64,000 nucleotides of DNA from Prorocentrum cordatum (taxonomy: Eukaryota): contig CAUYUJ010000002.1 of NCBI GenBank assembly GCA_963575745.1, positions 1,302,001 through 1,366,000 of the forward strand, read 5' to 3'. Positions 11,430 to 22,500 of the stretch are shown here, piece after piece (the first letter of the stretch is position 1; each line of letters opens with the position of its first letter). Below the pieces are notes generated by a model. That model was not told the origin of the DNA, searched no databases, and saw only the letters and a list, made by a program, of their open reading frames with translations. The position numbers were made by a program, and so were the translations under genes.

Positions 11430-13181
11430 TCCTTATACGGCCTGCACGGCAGGTCTTAACGACCTCCTTGCTGCCTCAAAACAAGTAGTGCCACCCCTGG
11501 CTGGATGTGGCAGCGCAACAGCAGCGTCCTTAATCCTGAAATGACGACTGTGCTCCGCAAGGTCCAACCGCCCCTCCTTCCAAGGAGTCTCTATGATGTT
11601 CCTGTGCTGCTCCGATAACCCTCCCACTGCGTGCGCTACCTTGATCGACGCTTTGAATGCGCGCAAGAAAAAATGCCCTAGTATGTCGTGACCCTAGCCA
11701 CCCGATCAGGTCTAGCACACTTATACATGGCATGGCGACAAGCAGCTTGCTAACAGGACAAAACATATTCACGCAAATGGACATTGATCCGTAAAATACC
11801 ACAGTGACATACACATCCGTACGTCTCTGCACTCGCTGAATATGCGTAGGCAAAGACCTGCAAGAATGAAGCGCCGACGAGCAGGGGTCCCCGCTTCATC
11901 CTCAAAGAAACACTGCCAGAGCCCCCATCCCTGTTCATGGGTGCTTTCCCCATGTCCCGAGCCCCCCAAATGCCCGCATCCACCAACTCCTCTTTCGCCT
12001 CCGTTTCACAGAACAAGTCCATAAGAAAGTCGGGTCTGCCGTCGCGTCTACGCGCGGCTCCGATAAAGTACTTCTCGGCATCTTCCAGCGCAAGTGGAGC
12101 CTTCAGGTCCACGAGTACCCTCCAAGCCCAAGGGTTAGCACTCGCCGTCAGCCTTCCGCCCTCCGCCATCGCCCCTTCCCCCTCCCAGCCCTTGACCCCG
12201 AAGTGCGCAGCCAACCACTGGCGGTGACGAACCGGACGTTTAGATATGGCATGCAGCCGCTACAGCCTGCAAACCCGAATTTCAACATCAAGCATGCATA
12301 GCCTCCAATGTTTCTGACGCACTCACTAGACCACGGTGCGTACATTCCCTCAGCTCCATTGTATGCCAGGCCCCTGAGAGCCTTCCGATCAATGATTGAA
12401 TCCGTACCTGCCCGAAAGAAAATGAGAAGGTCGCATCTGGCCGTCACAACCGTCATGCGATGGCTCTGGAGAACCTCTCAAAAAAAACAGCCCCGTCAAG
12501 TACTTAACTCTTGCACCTGGAAAACAACACTGTCGCATCCACCATTTCATTCAAATCACACATTGTCACAGGAACCGACCTGGAAGGACCTACGGCCAGC
12601 TCTCGAGAAAGCCACTGCGTGATAGCCCTGGCAATTCGCTTGTACGTTGGTTGCTTCTTGGTCTCCGTCACCTTCGGAGGGTGGTACTGCGCCCACATCA
12701 ATTCAAATATCCTCCATCACCGTTCTGACCCGAGCCACCAAGCACCGACCGCTGCACCCCGAACAGCCCGAACGCATGCATCGCGAAAACGTCCATGCAG
12801 AAACACAGCCACACCACACGACTTTCGAATCGGACGCTCCATCAACAAACGCCCTCGAACTCAACACCGTTGGATGCCAAACTCGCTGGCTTTCAGCTGG
12901 GTTCCCGTGATCGCCACCGCCTCCACATCAGAGAACTCGGAACATGGCATCTATGCGACCAGCACGTGTACACGCCAATAATGTATACTGCACACACTTC
13001 CATGAAGAGCCTGCGAAGCTCTGATGTGTACGCCAGAGCGGCATAAGGAACAGGCAGATACAACATAGCATCTCATTGGGCCCACCTCATCTCCCTGTGT
13101 CACCCGTTGGCCAACTGTTCAGTAAAGGAGAACATGTGCGTCAGGAGGTCTAAGCCGCCCCGTTGCTGAAGCCAGAACGGC
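11430..13181 (-). pseudogene. Degenerate, probably internally deleted LINE remnant (APE endonuclease fragments)
   Basis: Minus-strand fragments occur in APE order: EAVAITGTQ (~12938-12891), KSCGVAVFL (~12825), AQYHPP and PSRSVPVTMCDLN (12700-12545), then TDSIID. Downstream is RLTASANPWAW and Cys-rich fragments. No RT core seen. Confidence 0.55.
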
Positions 13182-13186
13182 AGCTA

Positions 13187-14590
13187 GGAGGAGGGGGAGG
13201 AGGAGGAGGAGAAGCAGGAGGAGAAGGGAGGAGGAGGAGAATGAGCAGGAGGAACACGAGGAGTAGGAGGGAGGCGGAGGAGGAGGAGGCCGAGGAGAGG
13301 AGGAGGAGGAGTTCGAAGAAATGGGGCGGGGGCGCGGCGCGTTCACCGTCTGCGCCCCGCTCCCCTCGGTACACCCGTGCTCCCACGCCTGCTCCCGCGG
13401 TCCTGCTGCTGCCCCCTCCTTGTGCCTCTTGCTGCCCCTCCTCCCGATCTTGCTCCTTCCTTCATCCCGTCCTCCCCCGCCTCGTGCCCTCCTGCTGCCT
13501 CCGCTCTCTTCTCTCCCCCCGCCCCTCCTACCCATCACCCCCCCGTTTCTCTCGTTCTCTCTCTCTCTCGGCCTCTCTTCCTCAGCTTATTTCCCTCTCT
13601 CTCTCTCAATCTCTCTCTCTCTCTCTCTGTTCCATCTCTATCCCTCGTTTTCCCTATCCTCATCCCTCCCCTCCTCCTCCTGTTCCTCCTGTCTATCCTC
13701 CTGTTCCTCATCACCCTCCCCTATGCCTCCTCCTCCTTCTCCTCCTCCTCCTTCCGAATCCCCCTCCTCCTCCTCCTCCTCCTCCTCCTCCTCCTCTTCA
13801 TCCTCCCCTCCTCCTCCATCTCATCAACACCACCGGCATCACCACCGATATCGCCATCACCGCCACCGTCATCACCATAGCTGTCAGCAGCACACGCATC
13901 GGCATCATCATCATCATCATCGTCATCATAATCGTCATCGTGATCGTCATCCGCGTCATCATCATAATCATCATCGTCGTCATCAGCATCATCATCATCA
14001 GCAGCAGCATCATCATCATCATCAATCATCATCATCATTTTCAATATCAGCATCAGCAGTATCATAATGTGCATCACCGTCATCGTCTTCAGCATCGTCA
14101 TCATTACCATCAGCATCATCATCAACAGCAGCGACGGCAGCATCATAAAATTCATCAGTACCGCCATCATCGTCACCACTATGGACACCGCCATGATATC
14201 AACAGCCACGATATCTTCGTCACCACCACCAGCACTACGCAGCGTGAACATTATCGCCATCACCATCAACAACATATCCATGTGCAACGTAATCGTGACC
14301 CTATTCTCATCATCAGCAGCAGGTGAATCACCATCATTAGTAGTAAGCATCATCATAGCCAACATCACCATCATCAACATCATCATCATCATCACCAGCC
14401 TCATCAGCATCAGCATCATAATCACAATCGGAATCATCATCATCAGCATCGTCATCATCCAGAGACTCATCATCCTTATCACCATCATCGTCATCAGCAG
14501 CAACGACATCATCAGCATCATCATCACCACCAGAATCATATTCATCATCCTCGACGCCATCATGGCCATCACTACCATGATCACCATGAT
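13187..14590. repeat. Compound low-complexity region: (GAG)n, (CT)n, (CCT)n, (CAT)n
   Basis: Direct inspection. Confidence 0.95.
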
Positions 14591-14848
14591 AACATCCCCC
14601 GTTCTCGTCCATTCTCACTCGTTTCCCATCCTTCCACCCTTGATTCTCTGGCATCCTCCTGTCACTCCTGTTCTTTCCACTTCACAAACGTCCATGTTCC
14701 TGCTCGTCCTCTGAAGCGCTCGCATGGCACTCTTCTTGTTCCCAACCATCCTGTGGTGTTGGGTCCTCGTTTTGAAGAGACGGTGCCCCGCGTTCTCCTT
14801 CCTTCCTCCCGCTGCCTCCTCCCCCCTCCCCATCATCATCATCATCAG

Positions 14849-16219
14849 CACCCATTTCGGCACACCCCTCACACGTTTCGTGGCTCCATAGGGAGCTCCA
14901 CCGAAGGCCCCAGTGCCCGCGGCCGCATGCGTCCCCCACACCCATTTCGGCACACCCCTCACACGTTTCGTGGCTCCATAGGGAGCTCCACCGAAGGCCC
15001 CAGTGCCCGCGGCCGCATGCGTCCCCCACACCCATTTCGGCACACCCCTCACACGTTTCGTGGCTCCATAGGGAGCTCCACCGAAGGCCCCAGTGCCCGC
15101 GGCCGCATGCGTCCCCCACACCCATTTCGGCACACCCCTCACACGTTTCGTGGCTCCATAGGGAGCTCCACCGAAGGCCCCAGTGCCCGCGGCCGCATGC
15201 GTCCCCCACACCCATTTCGGCACACCCCTCACACGTTTCGTGGCTCCATAGGGAGCTCCACCGAAGGCCCCAGTGCCCGCGGCCGCATGCGTCCCCCACA
15301 CCCATTTCGGCACACCCCTCACACGTTTCGTGGCTCCATAGGGAGCTCCACCGAAGGCCCCAGTGCCCGCGGCCGCATGCGTCCCCCACACCCATTTCGG
15401 CACACCCCTCACACGTTTCGTGGCTCCATAGGGAGCTCCACTCGAAGGCCCCAGTGCCCGCGGCCGCATGCGTCCCCACACCCATTTCGGCACACCCCTC
15501 ACACGTTTCGTGGCTCCATAGGGAGCTCCACCGAAGGCCCCAGTGCCCGCGCCCGCATGCGTCACCCACACCCATTTCGGCACACCCCTCACACGTTTCG
15601 TGGCTCCATAGGGAGCTCCACCGAAGGCCCCAGTGCCCGCGGCCGCATGCGTCCCCACACCCATTTCGGCACACCCCTCACACGTTTCGTGGCTCCATAG
15701 GGAGCTCCACCGAAGGCCCCAGTGCCCGCGGCCGCATGCGTCCCCCACACCCATTTCGGCACACCCCTCACACGTTTCGTGGCTCCATAGGGAGCTCCAC
15801 CGAAGGCCCCAGTGCCCGCGGCCGCATGCGTCCCCCACACCCATTTCGGCACACCCCTCACACGTTTCGTGGCTCCATAGGGAGCTCCACCGAAGGCCCC
15901 AGTGCCCGCGGCCGCATGCGTCCCCCACACCCATTTCGGCACACCCCTCACACGTTTCGTGGCTCCATAGGGAGCTCCACCGAAGGCCCCAGTGCCCGCG
16001 GCCGCATGCGTCCCCCACACCCATTTCGGCACACCCCTCACACGTTTCGTGGCTCCATCGGGAGCTCCACCGAAGGCCCCAGTGCCCGCGGCCGCATGCG
16101 TCACCCACACCCATTTCGGCACACCCCTCACACGTTTCGTGGCTCCATAGGGAGCTCCACCGAAGGCCTCAGTGCCGCCGCCCGCATGCGTCACCCCCAC
16201 CCATTTCGGCACACCCCCC
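14849..16219. repeat. 90-bp tandem array, 15 near-identical units plus a partial unit
   Basis: Unit CACCCATTTCGGCACACCCCTCACACGTTTCGTGGCTCCATAGGGAGCTCCACCGAAGGCCCCAGTGCCCGCGGCCGCATGCGTCCCCCA, starting at 14849, 14939, 15029 ... 16108. Confidence 0.98.
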
Positions 16220-16221
16220 GC

Positions 16222-16703
16222 ATTTCTCGCACGGCAGGGTCATCACCACGGTGGCGTGCCAGGGGCGCACCATGCGCGAAGGCGACGGGGCGGGGGAACG
16301 GCGCTCCGGGGGCGGCCAGACCTCCGGGGCGCGAGCAGTCCGCGGCCAGACCATCTCTCGGTCCTGTGGACTCTCGCCCTGGGCCGTCGGCTGCCCGGCG
16401 CGCTGCTCCCTCGGTCGACGTCGCCCAGGCGTGATCCTGGATTGCGGCCGCCACGAGGTAGGGAACGGCAAGAAGGAGGACGACGACTGGTGGCTGGAGC
16501 TCTACGTGCTGCTCTCGCGCGCCACGCGCCACGAGGACCTCCTGCTCATGCGGGCGCCGCGCATCGAGTTCTTCCTGGCAGGGCCGCCGCAGGGCTTGCG
16601 GAAGCAGCTGGAGCAGTTTGCGGCGCGCACGAAGCGGTGCAGGAGGGAAGCGACGGCCCTCGCCAGGGAGCTCGGCTTCACCGAGTTCATCCGCGAGGCC
16701 TGA
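16222..16703 (+). pseudogene. 3' fragment of Pif1-like (SF1B) helicase, motifs V-VI, with a 147-bp insert
   Basis: TTVACQGRTM (motif V-like) and LYVLLSRAT (motif VI). Homologous to the 33-34 kb and 38-39 kb copies. Confidence 0.88.
16282..16428 (+). other. Putative GC-AG intron with complementary ends
   Basis: GAAG|GCGACG...CGTCGCCCAG|GCGTG. Removal gives QGRTMREGVILD, collinear with uninterrupted QGRTMHRGVIVD in the 38.7-kb copy. Confidence 0.75.
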
Positions 16704-17899
16704 CCTGAGGAGCGTCTCCCCCGAGCCGCGCCTTCTCTCGACTGCCCGACTAATTGTTTGGCCTCGCGCCGCGGACGACCCGCGCGCGTCGCTGGGACCC
16801 TCTCGGGGCGACCAGCGCGCGTCGCGGGAACTCCGTGCTGCGGGGGGCCCGGCGCCTCGTTCGCCCGTCGTCGCTCTGCCCAGCGGTCAGAGACTTGCCC
16901 GCTATCAGCCAGCCAGTTAGCTAGTCAGCTCTCTCTGCTTCGCGCAGCGGACGACCCGCGCGCGTCGCTGGGACCCCGCCCGGGGCGACCAGCGCGCGTC
17001 GCGGGGACTCCGCGCTGCGCTGCGCCCGCAGCCTTGGATTTTGGAGTGCGCGGGCAAAGAGGAAGGAAAAGAAGAGCCGAAAGCGGGCGCGATCCTCGCA
17101 AGAGGCGTGCCGACATGGGCGTCGCGACGTGCGGACGCTGCCGTCGGGGTTCCCGCGGAAGCTGCCTGCGGCGGCCACGCCCAGTGTCACGTGTGTTCGG
17201 ACAGGCATGCTCGACACTTACACTAGGCGGTTCCATGATCGCATTCATGCAAATATATTCACTCGCGCGCAGACCCATTCATACTCAGATTCCCTCGCGC
17301 TCTGACTCACCCGCGTTCTTTCTCTCGTAATCAGATCTATCGTATTCCTTTGCGTTGTGTACCCCGCCACATTTCGGCACACCCCTCATGCGGTTCGTGG
17401 CCCCATAGGGAGCGCCACCGAAGAAGATACTCACAATTGCGATACTCACAACTGCATATGGTTGGGTCCTTCGCCAGGATAATTTTGACCGTGTAGGGTA
17501 CTTCTTCCGGTCATCCTCTTCTGCATCCTCCTGCTCATCCTTATAATCTTGTCGTTGGTTGATGGCATGACAGAGAAGGGTCTCGGGAAAAACGGGTAGG
17601 TGGACCTCAGGGACCCCTTCCAGACAATGCTGTTCCTCCAGAGCCGATGGTTGACGGCGCCGGGGCCCGTGAAGGGCCCCGGGAGGCAGACGACGGCACG
17701 CAGGGAGCACTCTCCCCCGAGACGTCGTCTCGTCATGGTGGCTCTTGGCCCGCTCGGTTTTCCTCCTCCCCCGTCTCCCCCACCTCCGCACCCCACCCCT
17801 ACCCTCTCTACTACAGCTCCCCCTCTTTCTCCTCCACCCCCCCTCCGCTCCTCCTCCTCCTCCTCCTCCTCCTCCAGTTCCTCCTCCTCCTCCCTCCTC

Positions 17900-17916
17900 T
17901 AGCCGTTCTGGCTCAG
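17900..17916 (+). other. Relic of dinoflagellate spliced leader at the 5' end of LINE-B
   Basis: TAGCCGTTCTGGCTCAG versus DinoSL ...TAGCCATTTTGGCTCAAG: 14 of the first 16 positions match. It lies exactly at the microsatellite/unique-sequence junction. Confidence 0.6.
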
Positions 17917-18048
17917 ATTGATTCTGAGCTTGGTCGTGCAAACTTCAGAACGGCGCTGCACGACCGAGCCTTTGGCTTTGTCCCTCAGCCTACCGTTTGC
18001 AGGTGGCGCCTGCTCTGTTTCAGCCTACCGTACGCAGGTGGCGCCTGC

Positions 18049-18234
18049 TATGTCTCCCTCGTATCACGACGAAGTCATGTCGCCATGGTCCAGCAGGCCA
18101 GCACCCCACCGTGTCTTCAAGTGGAGGTGCCCCTGCGGCTGTGCCAAGAACCTCTCGAGCTGGTGGTACTGCAAGCACTGCAAGGAGCAGTGGAGACCCA
18201 AGACGTGCAACGAAGTTTCTTTTGCTGCTCGCCG

Positions 18235-18315
<81 letters not shown>

Positions 18316-19418
18316 CGACGCCCTGCAGTCATGGGGCAACGAGGCCCTTGTCCCACCTGGACAGCAGCCTGGCCATCCTCTTCCGCCCAGCCGGTGCTGG
18401 TCGAGCCCCACGGCCTGGAGGCATCAACACGGACTGAATCAGCATCGAGGACCTCAGCACTCTGGCGGCCATCGCGACTAGCCAGGGTCAGGTTGCACTC
18501 GCAAAGCAGTACGACGTGGCTCGTGAGAAATTGGTTCAGCAGACCAAGGCGAAGGTGCTGCCCCTAGTCTCTTTGCACCCACGGGCCTCTCAGGCTCAGT
18601 CGAAGATCAAGAGTGTGGAGAAGCACCTCGAGAAAGAGCTCGCGAAGTTGGAGCGATGGCGAGCAGACGTCCTCGCCCTGGAGAAAAACTACTCGGAGTT
18701 GGTGTCGCAGATCAGCTTGGAGCTCCAGCCGCCCGCCCCGAAGAAGGATCCTGTTCCGAAGGGCCCATACATCAGCATCCGCGCCCTGGTGGAAGCGGAG
18801 GAGATCAACTTCATCTTGGAGGACGACCTGCTGGAGGCCCTGCCGAAAGAATACGAGATGTCGCCACAGGACAAAGAGCAGCTGGAGACTCGCAAGAAGT
18901 TGCTCCAGAACGGGCTCAAAGACATGGCGAAGAATCTGTTTGGCGCGGTCTCCGAGCAGTTCCAGGCAGCGCGCAAGGAGCACAATGATCACCTCACTCG
19001 GATGTCCAAGAAGAAGCGCAAGAACGAGGAGGGTGAAGCTGTGCCTGGTGACGACACTGCAGCTGCCGGGGGAGAGCGTCCTGAAGCTGGTTCCGATGGA
19101 GATGGCCACCAGCGTCGCCCCCTGAGGCTGCAGGCGGAGCCTCAGCCGCCGCTGCCGTTTCTTCCTCCACGGGCTCTGCGAGTTCAGCTCCTGCGGCCAG
19201 GTCTCGGCCCTCGGGGGCTGACCCAGAGCTGCGTGCCAGGCTTGCCAAAGTATTGCACAAGAAGGAGGCCCCCTTTCAGCCCCCCCGCAAGCCTCGGCCT
19301 GAGGAGTCGGGGGAGAACGCCTTTCATTCGGGAGGGGACGCCCCCCTCGGACTCGCACACTGGCCTCGCAGCTCAAGCTACCTCGGCTGCTACCTGCTAC
19401 CTCCTTCAGGGAGGCTAG
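18049..19418 (+). pseudogene. LINE-B ORF1 (zinc finger plus coiled coil), disrupted
   Basis: KWRCPCGC...WYCKHC finger, an in-frame (GAT)26 tract, then the coiled-coil ORF 18516-19418. Confidence 0.75.
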
Positions 19419-19546
19419 GTTTTGTCGGTCGGGGCTCAGCTCTAGGCCAGGTTGTGGTGGACTCAACATTTTCCAGTATCTCTCGGGCCCGGGAGTTCCA
19501 GGCCCAGGTCCCAGACCAGAAGACGATAAGATCGAGCTGGCTATCA

Positions 19547-22500
19547 TGACTGCTAACTGCAACAGCTGGGGTACGCTGCGAGACTAGCCCGGCTAAATAC
19601 CCGCACGTTATTCTAGTTCAGGAGCATCACCTAGTGGATGATGAATACATTGGCCGCGCCTCGAAGTTTTGCTTGGATCATTGTTGGAAGAGTCACTGGG
19701 GACCTGCTCTGCGTACGCATGAGGGAGGCTCGTCTGGCGGGGTGGCCATCCTGGCCAAGTATTTCTTGGGGCCCCAGCAGCCGCATTAATTATATTCGGA
19801 ACGTGCCCTGGGAGCGATTGCCCATCTTCCTGGAGGTGCTCAACTTTCCCTGGTTTCGGTTTACTGGTTCGACTCTGAAGGCGTGACAGGCAGGCAGCTC
19901 GACGCTAAAGTCTGCTGGCACTTGTTTGTCTCTCGAAGGAACGGCTTATATTGTAAGAAGAAACTTCAACCTGGAGCCAGCGGTTGTCTCGGACACGGGC
20001 CTGCTCGAGAAATGTCACGGTGAGATTGCGAACACAGGTGCTCCCACTTGTTTCGGGATAAAGCAGTCGGACTATGACTACTTTTTTGTTTCAGGTGGCC
20101 TCGCCCGTGGTGTCAAGTTCGCGACGAGATTCTCAGTCGTGGGCGAACCTCTCGGAGCACGAGCTTGCCTTGAGAATGGGGGAAGATCTGGCGCATCGTG
20201 GGGCTCGTGGGAAGGGCCCTCAGATAATCTGGAAGCCGATCCTTCGGAAAGACTATCAGCTGTGCAGGTACCCAGAGCTGCGGGCGATGAGGTGGCTCTG
20301 TGCTCGTTTCAATTCAAGGCCATCGTGCAGATGATGCCCTCGATTGCTGCTGGTGCTGCCTCGCCCGAATCTCGTCGCATGATCAGTGAGCTGATCGATG
20401 CAATCAACCAGTCGGAGTGGCTCCCTCAGAAGCTGATCCACTTTGACAACAAACAACACCTTCTAGCCATCAGGGACCTGCTCAAGGACTGGGAAGTGTC
20501 AATCTCTCCTCCTCACGTTGAGCTCGACGCTACTCCGAATATGTTTGCATCAGGACGTCCTGCCTCTATTGAGGCAGGGAACGGAGCACGTGGCGGGAGA
20601 TCCTTCCTATGGAATTCTAGGAGGCCCCGCGGGCCTGTCACCCCCTTGGCTCGACAGGCTGGAGGCCCTTCTGGCTCGCCAGAGGTGCTCGAGACATGCG
20701 CCACACACTACCAGGGGGTGGCCAGAAAAGACTGGCACGCCTGGTTGACCGAGAAACTCAGTCAGGGTGCTCGGAACGCTCACTGTGCTATCAAAGACCC
20801 TATGGTTTGGAAGCCCAGCACCACGCTGTCCGCCGAAGGGCAGCTGGTCTCTGACCCCCAACAGTTGCTCGATGCTGAGGTCAAAACGTACTCTGGCCTC
20901 TGGCAGATTCGTCAAAACCCCCTAGGGGAAGTGCAAAAGTTCGGAGCCCCTCCCCCCTATAGATACCGAGTATCTCAGGAAATTGAACAGGAAGTACCCT
21001 TCGAGGGGCGCGGTCTCCTTCGATGGATTTCACATGACGCACTTCCAACACTTGAGCGACGTCAGTCTGGAGGTGCTCGTTTCGATTCTTTCTCTGTCGG
21101 AACGGTCGGGCATCCTTCCTACTCAGCTGTCTGCTGTCCTGGTGGCCCTCCTGGCCAAGGAAAAGGGGGGCTTTCGCCCCATCGGCGTTTTCTCCCTCGG
21201 TCTTTCGACTCTGGGGGCGGGCTCGCAGGCCTCTGGCTGAGGCCTGGGAGACCCGGTTCTCTAGGGACTACTGGGCTGCTGGAAAACACAGGGGCGCCCT
21301 TGACTGCGTCTGGCGTCAGGCTTTCAGGTCCGAAGCAAGGGTTAGGAAAGGCTCTTACGCGGCCACACTTCTCTGGGACATGTATAAATACTACGAATTG
21401 GTCGATCTCGAGGCCCTCGGAATTCGCGGTCGCAAACACCAGTTTCCCCTGGGCATCCTACACATGTGTCCCGCCGCCTATCGCTCTTTGAGATATGCTT
21501 GGGGGTCGCGGTCGGCCCTCTTTATGCCACTCGTGGTATCATTGCTGGATGCAGTATGGCTACTACTCTGATTAGGGTGCACGCGCTGGATGCCTTCGAC
21601 ACTGCCCCTCGGTCGTTTCATCTGCACACCATCGATCGAGAAGCGAATGAGTTCACATCGTTCGATGCCTATATCGATGACGCCAGTCTATCTGCCATCG
21701 GTTCGAGGTATTATGTGCGTGAACCTATCCTGAACATGGCCGCTTCGCTCCTCGCTGGCATCAGGCAGATGCTTGGAGGTTTTGTTGCGTTGGGCAAAGT
21801 TGCTCTCGTCTGCTCGTGCCATGCTCTCGGCAAGCAGCTGGAGGCTGACCCGGGCCAGTTCGGAGCGCTGGAGGCCTCCGCTGTTAATCTTGGCTGTGGC
21901 GACATGGCAAGAAAGACTTTCAGGATGGAAAAAAGGAGAACACGCACGAGGAAGGAGAGGAAGAGGAAAACTCTCAGGAAGGTCAAAATATTAATGAAGA
22001 TACGGTCTCACGTTGGCAGGAAAGCAATGGAGGTGTTTGTTTCGGGGCCGATGCCTGGCTATATCTGTGGATGCGAGGTCCAAGGCCTCACCGACGGTGG
22101 AGTGCACGGTCTCAAGCGGATGGCTGCCAGCGCCATCAAGCCCGACGCGGCGAGACGTTCCCTCACGGTGCTTTCGCTCCTGCAAGGGGACCCTGTCTGG
22201 TACGGTTCTGTTGCTCCCATCCTTCGGTATGTCAGAGAAACCTGGCCCCTTCGGACGCTCGGGTTCCAGGGGGCCATCGACTGGGCCACGATACGTGCGT
22301 CCTGGGAGAGTGTTTTCGCTCGCCGTCAGCAGACTGTTACCTGGAGGAAGGTTTCGGGGCCCATGAGTGCGATGTTCATGAGTCTCAAGAGGACAGGATG
22401 GGGCAGAAATAAAATTGCAGTTTTTGTTGACGACATGGGCCGCGAATTCACTTGTACCCAGCGGTCGCCTGCTATGTTCAAGGTGCTGTACAGGCAGGCT

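Larger units (their letters stand above)
14739..17486 (+). mobile_element. Helentron/Helitron2-like element H1 (internal deletion derivative)
   Basis: 5' end is TT-CCCAACCAT...GTTGGG hairpin (14739-14763). It is followed by the 90-bp array and a Pif1 helicase C-terminus. 3' end is ATGGTTGGG (17458-17466), TCCT-tcgcc-AGGA hairpin, then TAATTTT. No TSD. Confidence 0.8.

Noticed and set aside
14849..16219. CRISPR array
   Set aside because: Units are identical end to end with no unique spacers. There are no cas genes and the context is eukaryotic.
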